A stretch of 64,000 bases of DNA, taken from NCBI GenBank assembly GCA_030390025.1, contig CM059432.1, positions 98,520,001-98,584,000 of the forward strand. Reading direction: 5' to 3'. Shown piece after piece: positions 11,770 through 23,477 of this stretch; position 1 is the stretch's first letter; every line of letters starts with the position of its first letter. This stretch comes from Squalus acanthias (lineage: Eukaryota). Below the pieces are notes generated by a model. That model was not told the DNA's origin. It did not search any database and saw only the letters and a list, made by a program, of their open reading frames with translations. A program made the translations under genes and the position numbers.

Positions 11770-12624
11770 TATGACATCCCCACCCCTCGCCCCTCTACCC
11801 CATACATCACAACTATCAGGAGGTCTGTTGACAACTCCTACCGGAGTCTTACATCCTTTGCTTCTCCTTCATTCTACTCACATTGTTTCCACTGCCTGAT
11901 CACCCTTACTGAAATCTTTTCTTTTCACTGCTGTTGATTAGTAGTTATGACATTTTGTAGTGTTGTTTCACTTTGTTTTCCATCTCTATAGACTCTGTTC
12001 CCCAATGGTATTTTTGACCTGATTTCTAGCCCTCTACACCAATCTGAGACAATTGTTTTGGTGGATAATGTTGCAATCCATGTTGAAAGTTTCTATGTAA
12101 TACATCTTTCAGTTAATTAAATGTCATGGGTGTGATTCTGGAACTGTATTCACAGTATTCTTTGCTGTCTCGATATCAGCATGTGTGCATGGAACATATT
12201 TCGTTGGTTAAGTTTTAAAATTGTCCTTGTGCTAATGAACTGAGTTTATTTTATTTATCATATTTAGAACGGGCATTTAATTATGCATGTGGACATGGGG
12301 CTAAAAATTTGATAGCCCCTGAAAACAGGCATGGGGATTGCAATGGGTGATTAACCCGCGCCTGTTCAAAGTAATGCAGGTAGCACACAAACTTGGTGTT
12401 GTCTGCTAATTTAAATGATAGTGGCATGCAGCCCAGTGCTAAACCTGCTGCTGAGTGGCTGCATGCTCAGCAAGGGGCCCAAGATCGTGCGAGGCTAGCA
12501 CCAATTACAGCTAGCCTTCACTTCTTAAAGCCAGCCTGCACCTCTTAAAAGGGAGGTGCAGTTTGATGAGACCAGGCACTGGAAGTCATTCCAGAAGGCA
12601 GTTTCAACTGGGAAACATACAGCA

Positions 12625-13830
12625 ATGGCACAACAAGGAGAGGGCTCTAAGGTTCTCAGATGCAGCACAGGAGCGCTTTGTACATGAGGTGGAGAGGAGA
12701 CAAAAGGTCTTGTTTCCACAGGGGGGTCAGGAGGCCCTCCAGACAGACACTGCAAACACAGTGGGAGCAGATAGCCATGGAGGTCAATGCCAACAGTGTT
12801 GCCCTGAGGACCTGGATGCAGTGCCGGAATAAGTTCAATGACCTCAGACTCGCAGCCACCAGCTCAGATACTGGCACTGCGCAGACTTTAGAGGGTAGCA
12901 CAGAGGCGGGATCTGCACATGTTGAGTCACCGTGCACGAGTGGGCTGCAGCCAAGGCAGGGGGAAAGGGTAGCACAGGTGCCAGCTCTCTGGAGGGTGCG
13001 ATCGCACATGAGTTCTGCTGCACAGGAATCAGATGAGGACTACAGAACAAAGCTGATGGTATGCACAAAAAAATCCTTGGTGCATTGGCAGACCTGCCAG
13101 AAATCCTGAATGCAATGTCAAGGAGCATGGAGGAGCTCAGCTCCAACCTTGCACAGGGCTTTGCGCAGAGGTTGGAGCCAATTCTTTTGAGCGTGGAAAA
13201 GGTGGGCAGATCCGTTAGTGCATTTGTGGACCCAGCTATCATGCAGTCCTCTAACGGCCGATGTCTCAGCTTCCATTGCAGCACAGGCTGAAGCCACCCA
13301 ACGTCTGAGTGCTGCAATGGAAACTCAGATTAAAGTCATGCAAGCTCAGCTTGCTGCCAAGCAAGCAGACAGCTACCATCATGGCTGCAGTTAGCAGTGT
13401 TGAAAGGGGCTGGCAGGGTGTCACAGCGGTCCAGCAACCCGTCCTCCAGTAGATTACTAGGATTGCTGAGGCGCCGCCCTGGGGGGAGTGGCAGTGGCTC
13501 TGTGGGGGACGAAGCTGCTGTCCTCTCTCAGGGTGACAGCATTCATCCTCCCACCACTGAGACTCTGCCAGTGCCCTTGCTGTTGCCTGTCAGCTAGCCC
13601 GGACTGCTGCTACCCATGCCGAGGTGGAGCAGTCCGCAGCCGGGCCTACTAGGCCCAGAGCTGCACGAGGTCGTCCTGCAAGGCCATCTGCAGTTTTGCC
13701 CACTGAAAGTCAGCAGTCTTCCACCAGCCATGCTGCAGCCTCTGGGGTAACACTGCATGTGCAGGTACAGCACTAGGACAGGTAAAGGCACACTGAAGAC
13801 AGGCACTAAGGGAATGCACAAATGCGATTA
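12625..13830 (+). pseudogene. Harbinger Myb/SANT gene with internal deletion
   Basis: MAQQGERALRFSDAAQERFVHEVERR...QWEQIAMEVNA...RTWMQCRNKFNDL is fused directly to exon-3 sequence. Confidence 0.8.
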
Positions 13831-14001
13831 GTTGACTTTTGAATGAAATATTGTAAGGGTTTGATTCATAAAATTGGTTTGGAATGTTTGTTTTGTGGTG
13901 GCTCTTATTTTAGCATTGTGACCAAGAGGACGCTGTGATGGTCAGTAACAGAGGAAAGGTAAAGTTTGGGACTATTGATGAATGGGGAATTGGGGTTGCA
14001 T

Positions 14002-15136
14002 TCACTGTACCGCAGTGGGATGATTCGATCACAGATAGCCTGGGTGGAAAGGGGCTGTCTGGATTGCCTCTACCGCTTCCTCCTCCTCCTTCTCAATCAC
14101 TTCCTCCTCCTCCTCCTTTTCGTCCTCCTTCTCCTCAGCTGGCGATGTTGTGGAGCATGCAACAGGTCACGACGAATATTGAGACATGCTCTGGCGAGTA
14201 CTGCAGGGCTCCTCTAGAGTGGTCCCGGTAGTGGAAGTGTTGTTTAAGGATGCCAATGGCCTGCTCTATTAGATTCTGTGTGGCAACATGGCTTTCATTG
14301 TATGCGTGCTTCCAACGTGTGCATGGGTTGCGCAGTGGAGTCATGAGCCAGGTGGTCACCAGATAGCCCTTGTCACCCAATACTCACCCTCTTGTTTGTC
14401 GTAGTGGCTCAAATGCCGATGGTACAGCAGACTGCAGCAGAATGAAGGCATCACGACTGCTGCCAGGGTACCGAGCATTGACTTGCATGATGCGCTGAGT
14501 GTGGTCGCACACCAGCTGGACATTGAGGGAGTGGAATCCCTTCCGGTTGCGGTACATCTCCAAATTGAGATGCGGCACCTGCAAAGTGACGTTCGTGTAG
14601 TCAATGGCACCCTACACCATGGAGAAGCCTGCTATCATGGCAAACCCGCAAACTGGATCTGCCTGCTTCTCTCTGGCAAGATAGAATGAAATGTATTCAG
14701 CTCTCTTTGCATATAGAGACGCCCTCACTTCTCTTATACAGGAGTGGATGGCGAACTGGGAGATGTTGCAGATGTCACTTGCTCCAGCCTGGAAGGAGCC
14801 TGACGCAAGGATGTTCAAGGCCACAACCACTTTTACAGCCACTGGCAATGCCATTCTCACTCTGGACTGAGGCGGCAGGTCTGCCTGCAGCAGGTGGCAG
14901 ATTCCTGTGAGCACCTCCTTAGTAAAATGGAGACGTCACATGCACTGTTCATCGCTGAGGTTGAGGTAAGAGAATTGCTCCCTGAAGACCCTGGGTGGAT
15001 ATGGCCTCCTGCTGAGAGCGCTTCTCCCCCTCTTCCTCCTTCTGCCTCTTCCAACAGCTTGTCCTGCTCTGTGTCGCCTCTGCTCATTCTCCCTGTCATG
15101 CTGCAGGCCAAGAGGGATACAAACTACTGCACCCGT
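14002..15136 (-). pseudogene. Harbinger DDE transposase, disrupted
   Basis: [56 protein letters not shown] and CCMLHNI occur across several frames. Start codon reads ACG. Confidence 0.9.
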
Positions 15137-16701
15137 GTCTGGGAGCAACTGGTCTGAGCAGGCCCCATGCAAGTCAGTACCAAGTCCTTGAGCATGTGCC
15201 ACACCACTCCTTGTAGACTTTAGTCAACTTTAAAGAAGTCTAGAAAGCACCAAACACTACTACACACTTAGCAACAGCTAGTAGAAATCAATCAGCAACT
15301 AACTTGTAAGTAGGTGATGATCCCTTTAAATAGCGCTCATGGGGGGTCCTTCCTGCTGCTGAACGCATGTTCAGCTGTGGGAGGTTAAGAGAGGGCATTA
15401 GCTCCAGCGTTGAGGTCAAAAATGAAAGTGCACGTGCTGCTCGGATGTCATTTTCGACCCAAAATGACATCCGTAATGCCCAAACAACGTGCGCTACGCA
15501 ACCGAGTTTTTAGCCCATTGTGTTTTCTTTTCTGATTCATGCTGTGGTTGTCTGATAGTGTTTCAAGTGTTTTAACTGGGAGGGATCAGTATTTTAGTAT
15601 TTTGAGGTACCTGAGGCTGCATTGTGATTCTGAATGATATCAGCACTATTACATTGGGTCTGTGTGATGGAAATTTCAGACTGACTTACCGGAAGCATAA
15701 ACCATAACATAATCCACTACTGTAAACATAACATATATCATACAGATTAATATTTGACCCTTATTACAAGTTACAGGCTATTTCCTACACCTCTGCATAT
15801 AAACTAGGTTACCTGATGTAATTTTTGGCTGGAGGAAGAATAAAATTACTTTAGATATACACTGGAAACCTGAGCAAAATTATTGATATGTACCGACATG
15901 ACTTAGCAATGCAATTATCTTCTCTAACATATGCAGGCAGGAAAGATTCCTCTGAGCCCTCCTTCACATGCTACAAACAATACAGCATCAATCAATGTAT
16001 TGTTCCTGTCAAAGTCACATTTCTTTCTTGTCAATCATGTGAGAGTATGCAAATCCTTGAGATTTCCTTCCTTATGTAGCCATGCAACTGTGCAACCTTG
16101 CAACCTTCATCTACATGCTCAATTAAAATTGGGATAAATATCAAACCTTCGTTTGAAGGTGCACAATATGTCTATAATTTCATTAATTTTTGTTCAACTT
16201 TATAAGCTGTCTTTTAGTAGATCCTGCATTGTCATACCCAAGAATTCAGTTTGTTTTCAATCAGAGATTAAATTTATCCTTTAGCTTCATGGGTCTATCT
16301 TTTAGTATTTCACAACCTGGAGTTCTATCAAGTCACAGTCAGCTCCTTTTTAATAAATGTTCTTCATCATGACAAAAAACAAATGACGGACCATTGCACC
16401 ATTCATAGTTGTAAATAAAAATGTTAAATAATATTGATTACTTTTTTTCCTGAAATGAAAAATCGAACAATTGAGAAACTGTTTCAGAGCTCAAGTTCAT
16501 AGGGGAATAAACAACTTGCATAAAAATATCCAAAATTATCAGGAAAGCAGGAGAAAAGGATACTTAAGTCAATGACTATACAGAATGCACCATTTTATAA
16601 ACTCTGCACAATTTATTTCATATCTTAAGAAGTGACCCGTATAATATACAAGAAAAGGCGGCTCCACTGATGGTTCAGAAAAGCTATAGACCGAGTAGCT
16701 G

Positions 16702-17265
16702 AACAACAACAACAACAACTTGTATTTATATAGCACCTTTAATATAGTAAAACATCCTCAAGACACGTCACAGGAGCGTTATCAAACAAAATTTGACACC
16801 GAGCCACATAAGGAGATATTAGGGCAGATGACCAAAAGATTGGTTAAAGAGGTAGGTTTTAAGAAGTGTCTTAAAGGAGGGAAGAGGTAGAGAGGCGGAA
16901 AGGTTTAGGGAGGGAATGCCAGAGCTTAGGGCCTTGGCAGCTGAAGGCACGGCCGTCAATGGTGGAACGATTAAAATAGGAAATTGGAGGAGTGCAGATA
17001 TCTTGGAGGGTTGTAGGGCTGGAGGAGGATACAGAGATAGGGAGGGGGTGAGGCCATGGAGGAATTTGAAAAGAAGGATGAGAATTTTAAAATCAAGGCA
17101 TTGCTTAACCGGGAGCCTATATAGGTCAGTGAGCACAGGGGTGATCAGTGAACAGAATTTAGTGCGAGTTAGGACACGGGCAGCAGAGTTTTGGATGACC
17201 TCAAGTTTATAGAGGGTAGAACGTGGGAGGCCAGCCAGGAGTGCTTTGGAATAGTCAAGTCTAGA
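16702..17265 (-). mobile_element. L2 LINE 3' fragment
   Basis: LYRLPVKQCLDFKILILLFKFLHGLTP and FKTLLKTYLF. (TTG)n tail appears as AACAAC repeats at 16702-16719. Confidence 0.85.
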
Positions 17266-17382
17266 GCTGATTTAGCTCACCTCAGCAAGACTGAATAGGA
17301 ACATTATTGTTGGCCTCAACATTTCTGGAATGGGAAGTGCAAATTAGCCAGGGCTCCTGCTCCTAATCCCTTGCCAGCAAAC

Positions 17383-19173
17383 TGTAAAGTTTCGCAATTA
17401 TCGCGATTCAAAATAACGAAAGAGAAGCAGATTCGTTTGATCAGTTTATTTAAACGAAATGCTGTCATGATTAAAAAGTGAGAGGTCGCACAACACCAGG
17501 TTATAGTCCAACAGTTTTATTTGAAATCACAAGCTTTCGGAGCTATCGATTGCTCCTTCCTCCGCATCATGATTAAAAAGGACACAGAAGCCTGTAAAAT
17601 GGTCGCCGCGCATCGTGACAGAAGCTTCCAGAATTTCAGTGGGCAGACAAGATGGCGTTCGAATAAACATTTCAATATAAGACGGAATCATACTCGACAA
17701 ACACTGATAAAGACAGGATGCAACCTGTTTGCATTCGAAACAATAGCAAAAGATATGAGTGCTGGAATCGTTTTCCATGCACAAGTAAGGTTCATTATAC
17801 TGGGCAATCGAAGGCCCATCCAGACACATCAATACACAAATACCCCCACGGCTCTACAATGAGAGAGCCATTCTCGGGTGATTAAACAAGTATTCGGGGG
17901 CCCCCAAAACCAGTCAGGGAGACGATTCATACGATCCTGGCTGGGTCAACAATGGGGAAAACATTAACAGGTAGTTGGCCAGTTTCAGGTGCTACCGAAA
18001 CCCGTTAAAGACAAGAATCGCCCCATGCTGGGAGTTTTGAGCGCCAATATTTCAGAAAGGACAAACATTAAGATTTGGGCGGGAGATAAGGGAACACAGC
18101 ACTATAACTATAGTGAACAAATGTCCATCGCTCTCTTATTCTCCCGGTGCTCTTATTCGCTTGAATCGACTCTTATCTCTCGGCGGACCCTTGCTGAAGC
18201 TCTTCTTGAGGGCTGGACATTGTTGACTCTTGACTTTTAGCCATACTGGTCGGTTATTCGAATGTTGGGTGGAGCTCAAACGGAACGAGCCGCCTCGACA
18301 AAGGCAAGTGACCGGGTGCACCATCCCGAGAGTCGGTAAACGGTGTCTGGACCCGAAGGCCCGAAGAGACAAAACGAAACGAGACGAGAAGAAGAAGAAT
18401 CCACGTGCCGCCGCGGTCAGTAAACCCCGACCGCGCCCGAAAATATAAGACCCATTTCTTGAACTCTACAGGTTATTCCACGAACCGGTCAAAGACTCTT
18501 CTTTGAATTCTACCGACAACTGGTGTCGGTACAGGAAGACTCTTCTTCGAACTGTGTCCGAGTTCTGTCGAGTTCTTCATGACAACGGGGAGCCTGGCCT
18601 GCTTGCCGCAGCAGCGAAGATAAACAAGTGGGGTACAGAGACCCCTCCAAACACGTGACAGTCAGGCGCTGCAGCGAAACGAGCCGAGTGCCTCACTTTA
18701 AAATTCTCCGAAGTATCACGAGTGGTGAGCATGTTTCACGATCCTACAAATCTAGATGTAGTGTAGGTATTGATAGGGGAGGGTGGTTTTATTAAGGATA
18801 AAGTATAATGTGTTCCCCTTTTTACGATGTGCCGTGCGTTCTTCATTACCATAGACCAAGCTTTATGAATGTATGTATACTTGTACTATCGTTAATTTGT
18901 GCCTATGACATGTACTTCATGATTTTAGATGCTATGCAATAAAGATTTCCATTTCGTACTATTCAACCGGGTCTATTTGAGTTTTTCTCTGCATTACTGC
19001 TCTCGCACCTAAGTCCAGTGTTAGAACCGTAAGGGCGAGTGGGTCGAACCACTCACAGGTGCTTATTGCAACAAGGCTGGCCGGAGACCAGAGCAAGCAA
19101 TAGTATTAGGCAACGAAGGCCTAACCCCGCACCAGCACCGTCTGCGATACAAGCACGCCGCGAACCCCTTACA
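17383..19173 (+). mobile_element. Solo LTR (about 1.8 kb), CpG-rich
   Basis: Termini TGTAAAGTTTCGC...GCGAACCCCTTACA are an imperfect inverted repeat, with 4-bp TSD AAAC (17379-82 and 19174-77). AATAAA at 18938. Confidence 0.85.
17479..17566 (-). mobile_element. Penelope-like element terminal fragment
   Basis: 14-bp TSD TCATGATTAAAAAG (17465-78 and 17567-80). The minus strand reads GAAGGAGC...GCTCCGAAAGCTTGTGATTTCAAATAAAACTGTTGGACTATAACCTGGTGTTGTG, like recalled shark Penelope ends. Confidence 0.7.
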
Positions 19174-19529
19174 AAACCCTGTTGAAAGTGGATGTTTGTG
19201 CATGTCTGATGAGAGGATCCTGCTTAGCTGTGGTGCCCTTATATTGACTTGTCTAATACTCACTGATTAGACTTACAGATGAATAATGATCACTTGGACA
19301 AAGTATCAGCGGGTGGTTAGTGACTGTGGAACTGTATCCTGGCAAAGGGATCACCGGCTTCAGTAGAGAGGAAGATAGGGGAGGAAACAAACTGTCTAAG
19401 GGAACATGGTGAAACTTGAAGTTAAAACATTGTAATACAATAATGGTTTGGGCAGGAGAAGATAATTGATCCATCTAACCTTCGCTTCCAAACCATCGAT
19501 CAGTTCCTTAACATGATTTTGGAACTAAT

Positions 19530-19860
19530 AGACATGTATTCACTTTCCTAATAGGAATTCACCCTATCCTTTGTGAAACTTGCCATGGTTTTCTGTTCCA
19601 CCACCCCAACTGGTAACCTGCTCCACAATTTTATCACTCTCTTATGAAGATAAATTGTCTAAATTTCCAATTTTCTTTCGACAACCTAAAACTGTGTTTC
19701 CTTTTCTCGAATCCTGTGCCTGCCAAAAGAATTTTTCTGGATCTAATTACTTGTAAATTTTTAAAAACCTCTTTCAAGTTCCTCTCATCCACCTCTTCCC
19801 CAGAGCGTATAGCCCACGGTAGATAATCTTTCCTTGCAATCAAGCCCTCTAAATTCAGAT
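19530..19860 (-). mobile_element. Old CR1 3' fragment
   Basis: Degenerate NLKEVFK...KHSFRL...FIFIRE, matching the CR1 RT C-terminus. Confidence 0.5.
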
Positions 19861-20349
19861 TTTAGTCATCCTCTGGAGTCGTTAATCAATCTAACATAAT
19901 TTGCATTATTCAACGCTGTCCATTGCATCCACCTTCTGGTGATTGCCCACTGAAAAGATGAAGAAAGCCTGTTGGGCTAAGCTATGAGAGGTAGAGATAG
20001 AAATAACAGCAACATCTAGATTCTTTATTTGAATTTCATATCACAATCAGGATACACAGATGCAGCCATAAAAACTCTCTTTACATTAACACACAACACT
20101 GTAGACAAAACCCAATTCATGACCATCTGCTCTCACTTGCACTGAGTCACTCATTTGGGCAGTTGGCGCCGACACAGCATCAAAAGGGTAGACCTTCCAT
20201 AGCTTTGATCTGCAAGGTCACTTGTTCCAGATACTCTGTTTTGTTCTGCAGCACCCCCTGCTCTGTTTTTGTTTCAGCTTGCAGAGAATAGGAATAGCTA
20301 ATATTTAGTTTCCTGGCGTTGCTTCCCTGCTTGAGGCTGGGTACTCCAA

Positions 20350-21530
20350 AGTCCATGTGGGCAAGAAGCTCACTGTTTTGCCTCCAAGGTCTTTTATACT
20401 GCAAAACCAAATAGCTTGTTATCCCGCAAGGGAAGAATTTGTTACTAGGTGCACTTCAATCAGGCCAGAAAATCATGCATGCATCCTTCTGACCACTATC
20501 AAGTCATGTAATCTTTGGTGACCTTGCCTTGAGCTACCTACACTATTTGGGAGCTTTGAAGGAGCTTCCTGTCTTCTCAGAACACTACCCAGGCACCTTG
20601 TTTCAGTTTTCCTTATAAAGAGTGGGAAATATTCAGTATACCATACACAATCTCCCCAGGGAGACTTCCAGAAGATCAGTTGTTCCGTGGATCTATAGAT
20701 ACCAGCATTGCAATCCTTCACGGTGGCCATCTTGTGATGTTTTATGCTTGATCCTGCACATCATTTTATGCCATGTTGGATGCTTTGAGCTGGGATGCTT
20801 GGCTGATCAAGGGATAGGGTTGCCTTCAGCTTGGCAGCTGCTTTGGAATGTGAGAGGGGATGATGTTTAGACCAAAGGAGGAAGCAGTTGGCGGCTGCTG
20901 TTCGTAACTCACATCCAGCCCAGCATCTCTCTACACATAGACAACATTTCTGAGATCCAGCAGCACAATGCACTATGGGGCATGTTTTATAGACCTGAAA
21001 TTCTGGGGGCAAGGGAGGACACAGAGCAGGTAATCACCTGGAGGCCACTGAATATGATCTTGGATCCACTGGGTCTCTGCCTCTCAGGTACAATGTGGCC
21101 TAAGTTTTGATGGGGAAGTCTTCCGCCTACCGTGCCTATGTTAACGGAAAGATTTGGAGCTGTATTTGGGGGAGCTTCAGATTATTCGGGGAATTTTCCC
21201 ATTAGCCTCTCCCTAGGCTGAAAGCTGGTGTCAGTTTTGCTGTTGACTTAGTAAAAGCCACATAATGGTTCCCAGCAAAGTCAATTGATCCCAGAGGATA
21301 TAAATTACCTTTGGAAGACATGCCATGGTGTGCTTGTGGCCAACGAACTAAAAATTGTTCCTTGTCTTTAATGCAAGAACAGTATCAGTCGTTGCTTTTG
21401 GAGTGCATGGCGCCACTTCAGTTTTCATAATGCCAGTCAGGGCAGGCGCCTCTGCTTTGCCAGAACAGATCTGCTGCAGGCCCTGGCAGCCCCACTCCAC
21501 TGCACATCTGGCAGCAGAGCATGGTTCCCA
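20350..21530 (+). pseudogene. Highly decayed DIRS-type RT/RNase H relic (tentative)
   Basis: Motif-like segments occur in the expected order: FASKVFYTAKPNSLLSRKGRICY*VHF (20377-20457), AS..GW-like (about 21205), DINYL (about 21297), SVVAF..HG.T (about 21385), HLAAEH (about 21505). Confidence 0.4.
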
Positions 21531-21664
21531 GAATTTAATGGTGCTCAAACAGAGGTTTGAATGATAGGAGAACCTAACAGTGCAGATTTACTAGGTATGT
21601 GGAAATACAAATATGAAGTAAGGCTTGAAAAAAGGGGGCTGATTTTATTAATACATGGAATTAA

Positions 21665-21901
21665 TAGTATTTACAGCATAGAAACAGGCTATTTGGCCCA
21701 ACTGGTCTGCGCTGGTGTTTATGCTCCACACGAGCCTCCTCCCACCCTACTTCACCTAAACCTATCAGCATATTCTTCTATTCCTTTCTCCCTCATGTAC
21801 TTATCTAACTTCCCCTTAAATACATCTATGCTGTTCACCTCAACTACTCCATGTGGTAACAAATTCCACATTCTAACCACTCTCTCGGTAAAGAAGTTTC
21901 T
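21665..21901 (-). mobile_element. CR1 3' end
   Basis: Reverse complement gives AACTTCTTTACCGAGAGAGTGGTTAGAATGTGGAA and the 3' UTR. Same family as 51055 and 58968. Confidence 0.8.
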
Positions 21902-21929
21902 GGGTAAACACAGGAGATTAATAGATAAT

Positions 21930-22528
21930 GGCTGCGAAATTCAGCTCCTTTGTGCCTGCCGTTGGCACCTCCGGGGGAGCTAACGGGGCGCAAAGGGCTT
22001 ATAGCCCGGGCGGACCTCCCGAGAAATTTTGCGGGCTGCTACTGAGGCGCTAGCCAATAGCGCTGCGACCCCGCCGGTAGTGCCCCAGGCTGCTGTGATG
22101 CAACCCCTTACCGCCCTGTGGCAGAAATTTGGCTGCGGCCTGCGAGGCTGCCACAGGCATGTCAGCGCCAGCCTCGCAGGACGCGAGCCGGGCCAACCTC
22201 CGCTCTCGGGCCGCTAATTAAAGGGAGGTGTGGCAACGACCCATGCCGCCATTTTATTTTTTTTGCCGACCTGCAAGTCCCTCCTCTGTAACAGAAGGGG
22301 AGGGGCACTGAAACACATCAGCGCTACGTGGAGCGGCTGCGTAGCGCTCCAGCACTACCATGCTTTGCTCCCCCGACACCGCCCCGAGAGAAATTGGAGC
22401 GCTCCGCTTCCTCGCCGGGGCAGTAAGCTGAATTTAGCGGCCAGGGCAGCACTTCCGTGCAGGGCACTATATCTCCGGTGATAATTCGGTAACCGCCCCC
22501 AAACAGGGTGAAACCAAATTTCACCCCC
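21930..22528. mobile_element. Non-autonomous Harbinger / MITE
   Basis: Ends GGCTGCGAAATT / AATTTCACCCCC with TSD AAT. Left end resembles the start of copy E at 27409. Confidence 0.8.
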
Positions 22529-22594
22529 AATCAGATAGAAACAAACTATTTCAATGCTCAGGGGCAGCGCTATGAAATTAAATATAAGAGATTT

Positions 22595-22915
22595 ATCACA
22601 GAATCACAGAATCCCCACAGTGCAGATAGAGGCCATTTCGGCCCATTGAGCCTGCACCGACACATATCCCACCCTATCCCCGTAACCCCACGTATTTAAT
22701 CCCCCCTAACACTAAGGGTCAATTTATCATAGCCGAATCAACCTAACCCGCACATCTTTGGACTGTGGGAGGAACCCGGAGCACCCGGAGGAAACCCACG
22801 CAGACACGGGGAGAATGTGCAAACTCCACACAGACAGTCACCCGTGGCCGGATTCGAATCAGGGTCCCTGGCGCTGTGAGGCAACAGTGCTAACCACTAT
22901 GCCACCGTGTTGCCC
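22595..22915 (-). mobile_element. HE1-type (V-SINE) tRNA-derived SINE
   Basis: The minus strand starts GGGCAACACGGTGGCATAGTGGTTAGCAC (A box) and has GATTCGAATCC (B box), the V-domain GTGTGGAGTTTGCACATTCTCCCCGTG, and an ATTCTGTG tail. Confidence 0.9.
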
Positions 22916-23477
22916 ACAGAGCACAGGTGAAACTTTTTTACACAGAGAGTTGTGAGGTTGTGGAATGCACTGCTGGAGTTAATGATTGAAGCAGAGACCA
23001 TGTCAACTTTTAAGAATAGGTTAGATAAGTGGTTGAAGGAAAGAGGGATAAAGGAACTCAGGTACAGGGCAGATACATGGGATTAGGAGTACTTGTTGTG
23101 TAGGAGATAAACACCAACAAGGACCTAGTTGGACCAAGTGGCCTGTTTCTCTGTTGTAATTTCTATACACTTCTATGTAATCATAGAGATCAGAATGCCA
23201 AAGTCGTAGCTCAATTTATTTTTTTATTCATTAATTTTAATGAACAGAAAATTGTGGTGACCTTCACATCTAAATTCCTGATATGTGCTCCAGTCAAGTG
23301 AAACTATGCAATAGGAACTCTAAATCACTAAAATGTACCCCTACATTTTATAAAATGTCAGATCATCTATATCTTTATATTTTCTCATAACCTTCATTCT
23401 CATCCTTAGACAGATATTCATCAGTTCCTTTTTAAAAGATATATTCAATCAAATAGTCAATTGTTTGATAGAGAGCT

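Larger units (their letters stand above)
12298..15516. mobile_element. Harbinger copy D, both ends present
   Basis: TIRs GGGCTAAAAA / TTTTTAGCCC with flanks ATG/ATT (one-mismatch TSD). Contains convergent Myb and transposase genes. Confidence 0.9.
16658..19240 (+). mobile_element. Old tRNA-derived SINE (AmnSINE2-like), split into about 16658-16700, 17266-17382 and 19178-19240
   Basis: The pieces GCTGATTTAGCT...TTGGCCTCA...AGCCAGGGCTCCTGCTCCT and CCTGTTGAAAGTG...GGATC...GCTGTGGTGCCC read as one recalled SINE body once the L2 and LTR are removed. Family name from memory. Confidence 0.45.
21902..23180 (+). mobile_element. Old CR1 3' fragment interrupted by a MITE and an HE1 SINE
   Basis: GATAGAAACAAACTATTTC...AACTTTTTACACAGAGAGTTGTGAGGTTGTGGAATGCACTG...TTCTATGTAA tail. 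Confidence 0.65.

Noticed and set aside
22860..22915. tRNA gene (also 46854 and 63616)
   Set aside because: The A/B boxes belong to SINE heads. No complete cloverleaf with a terminator is evident.
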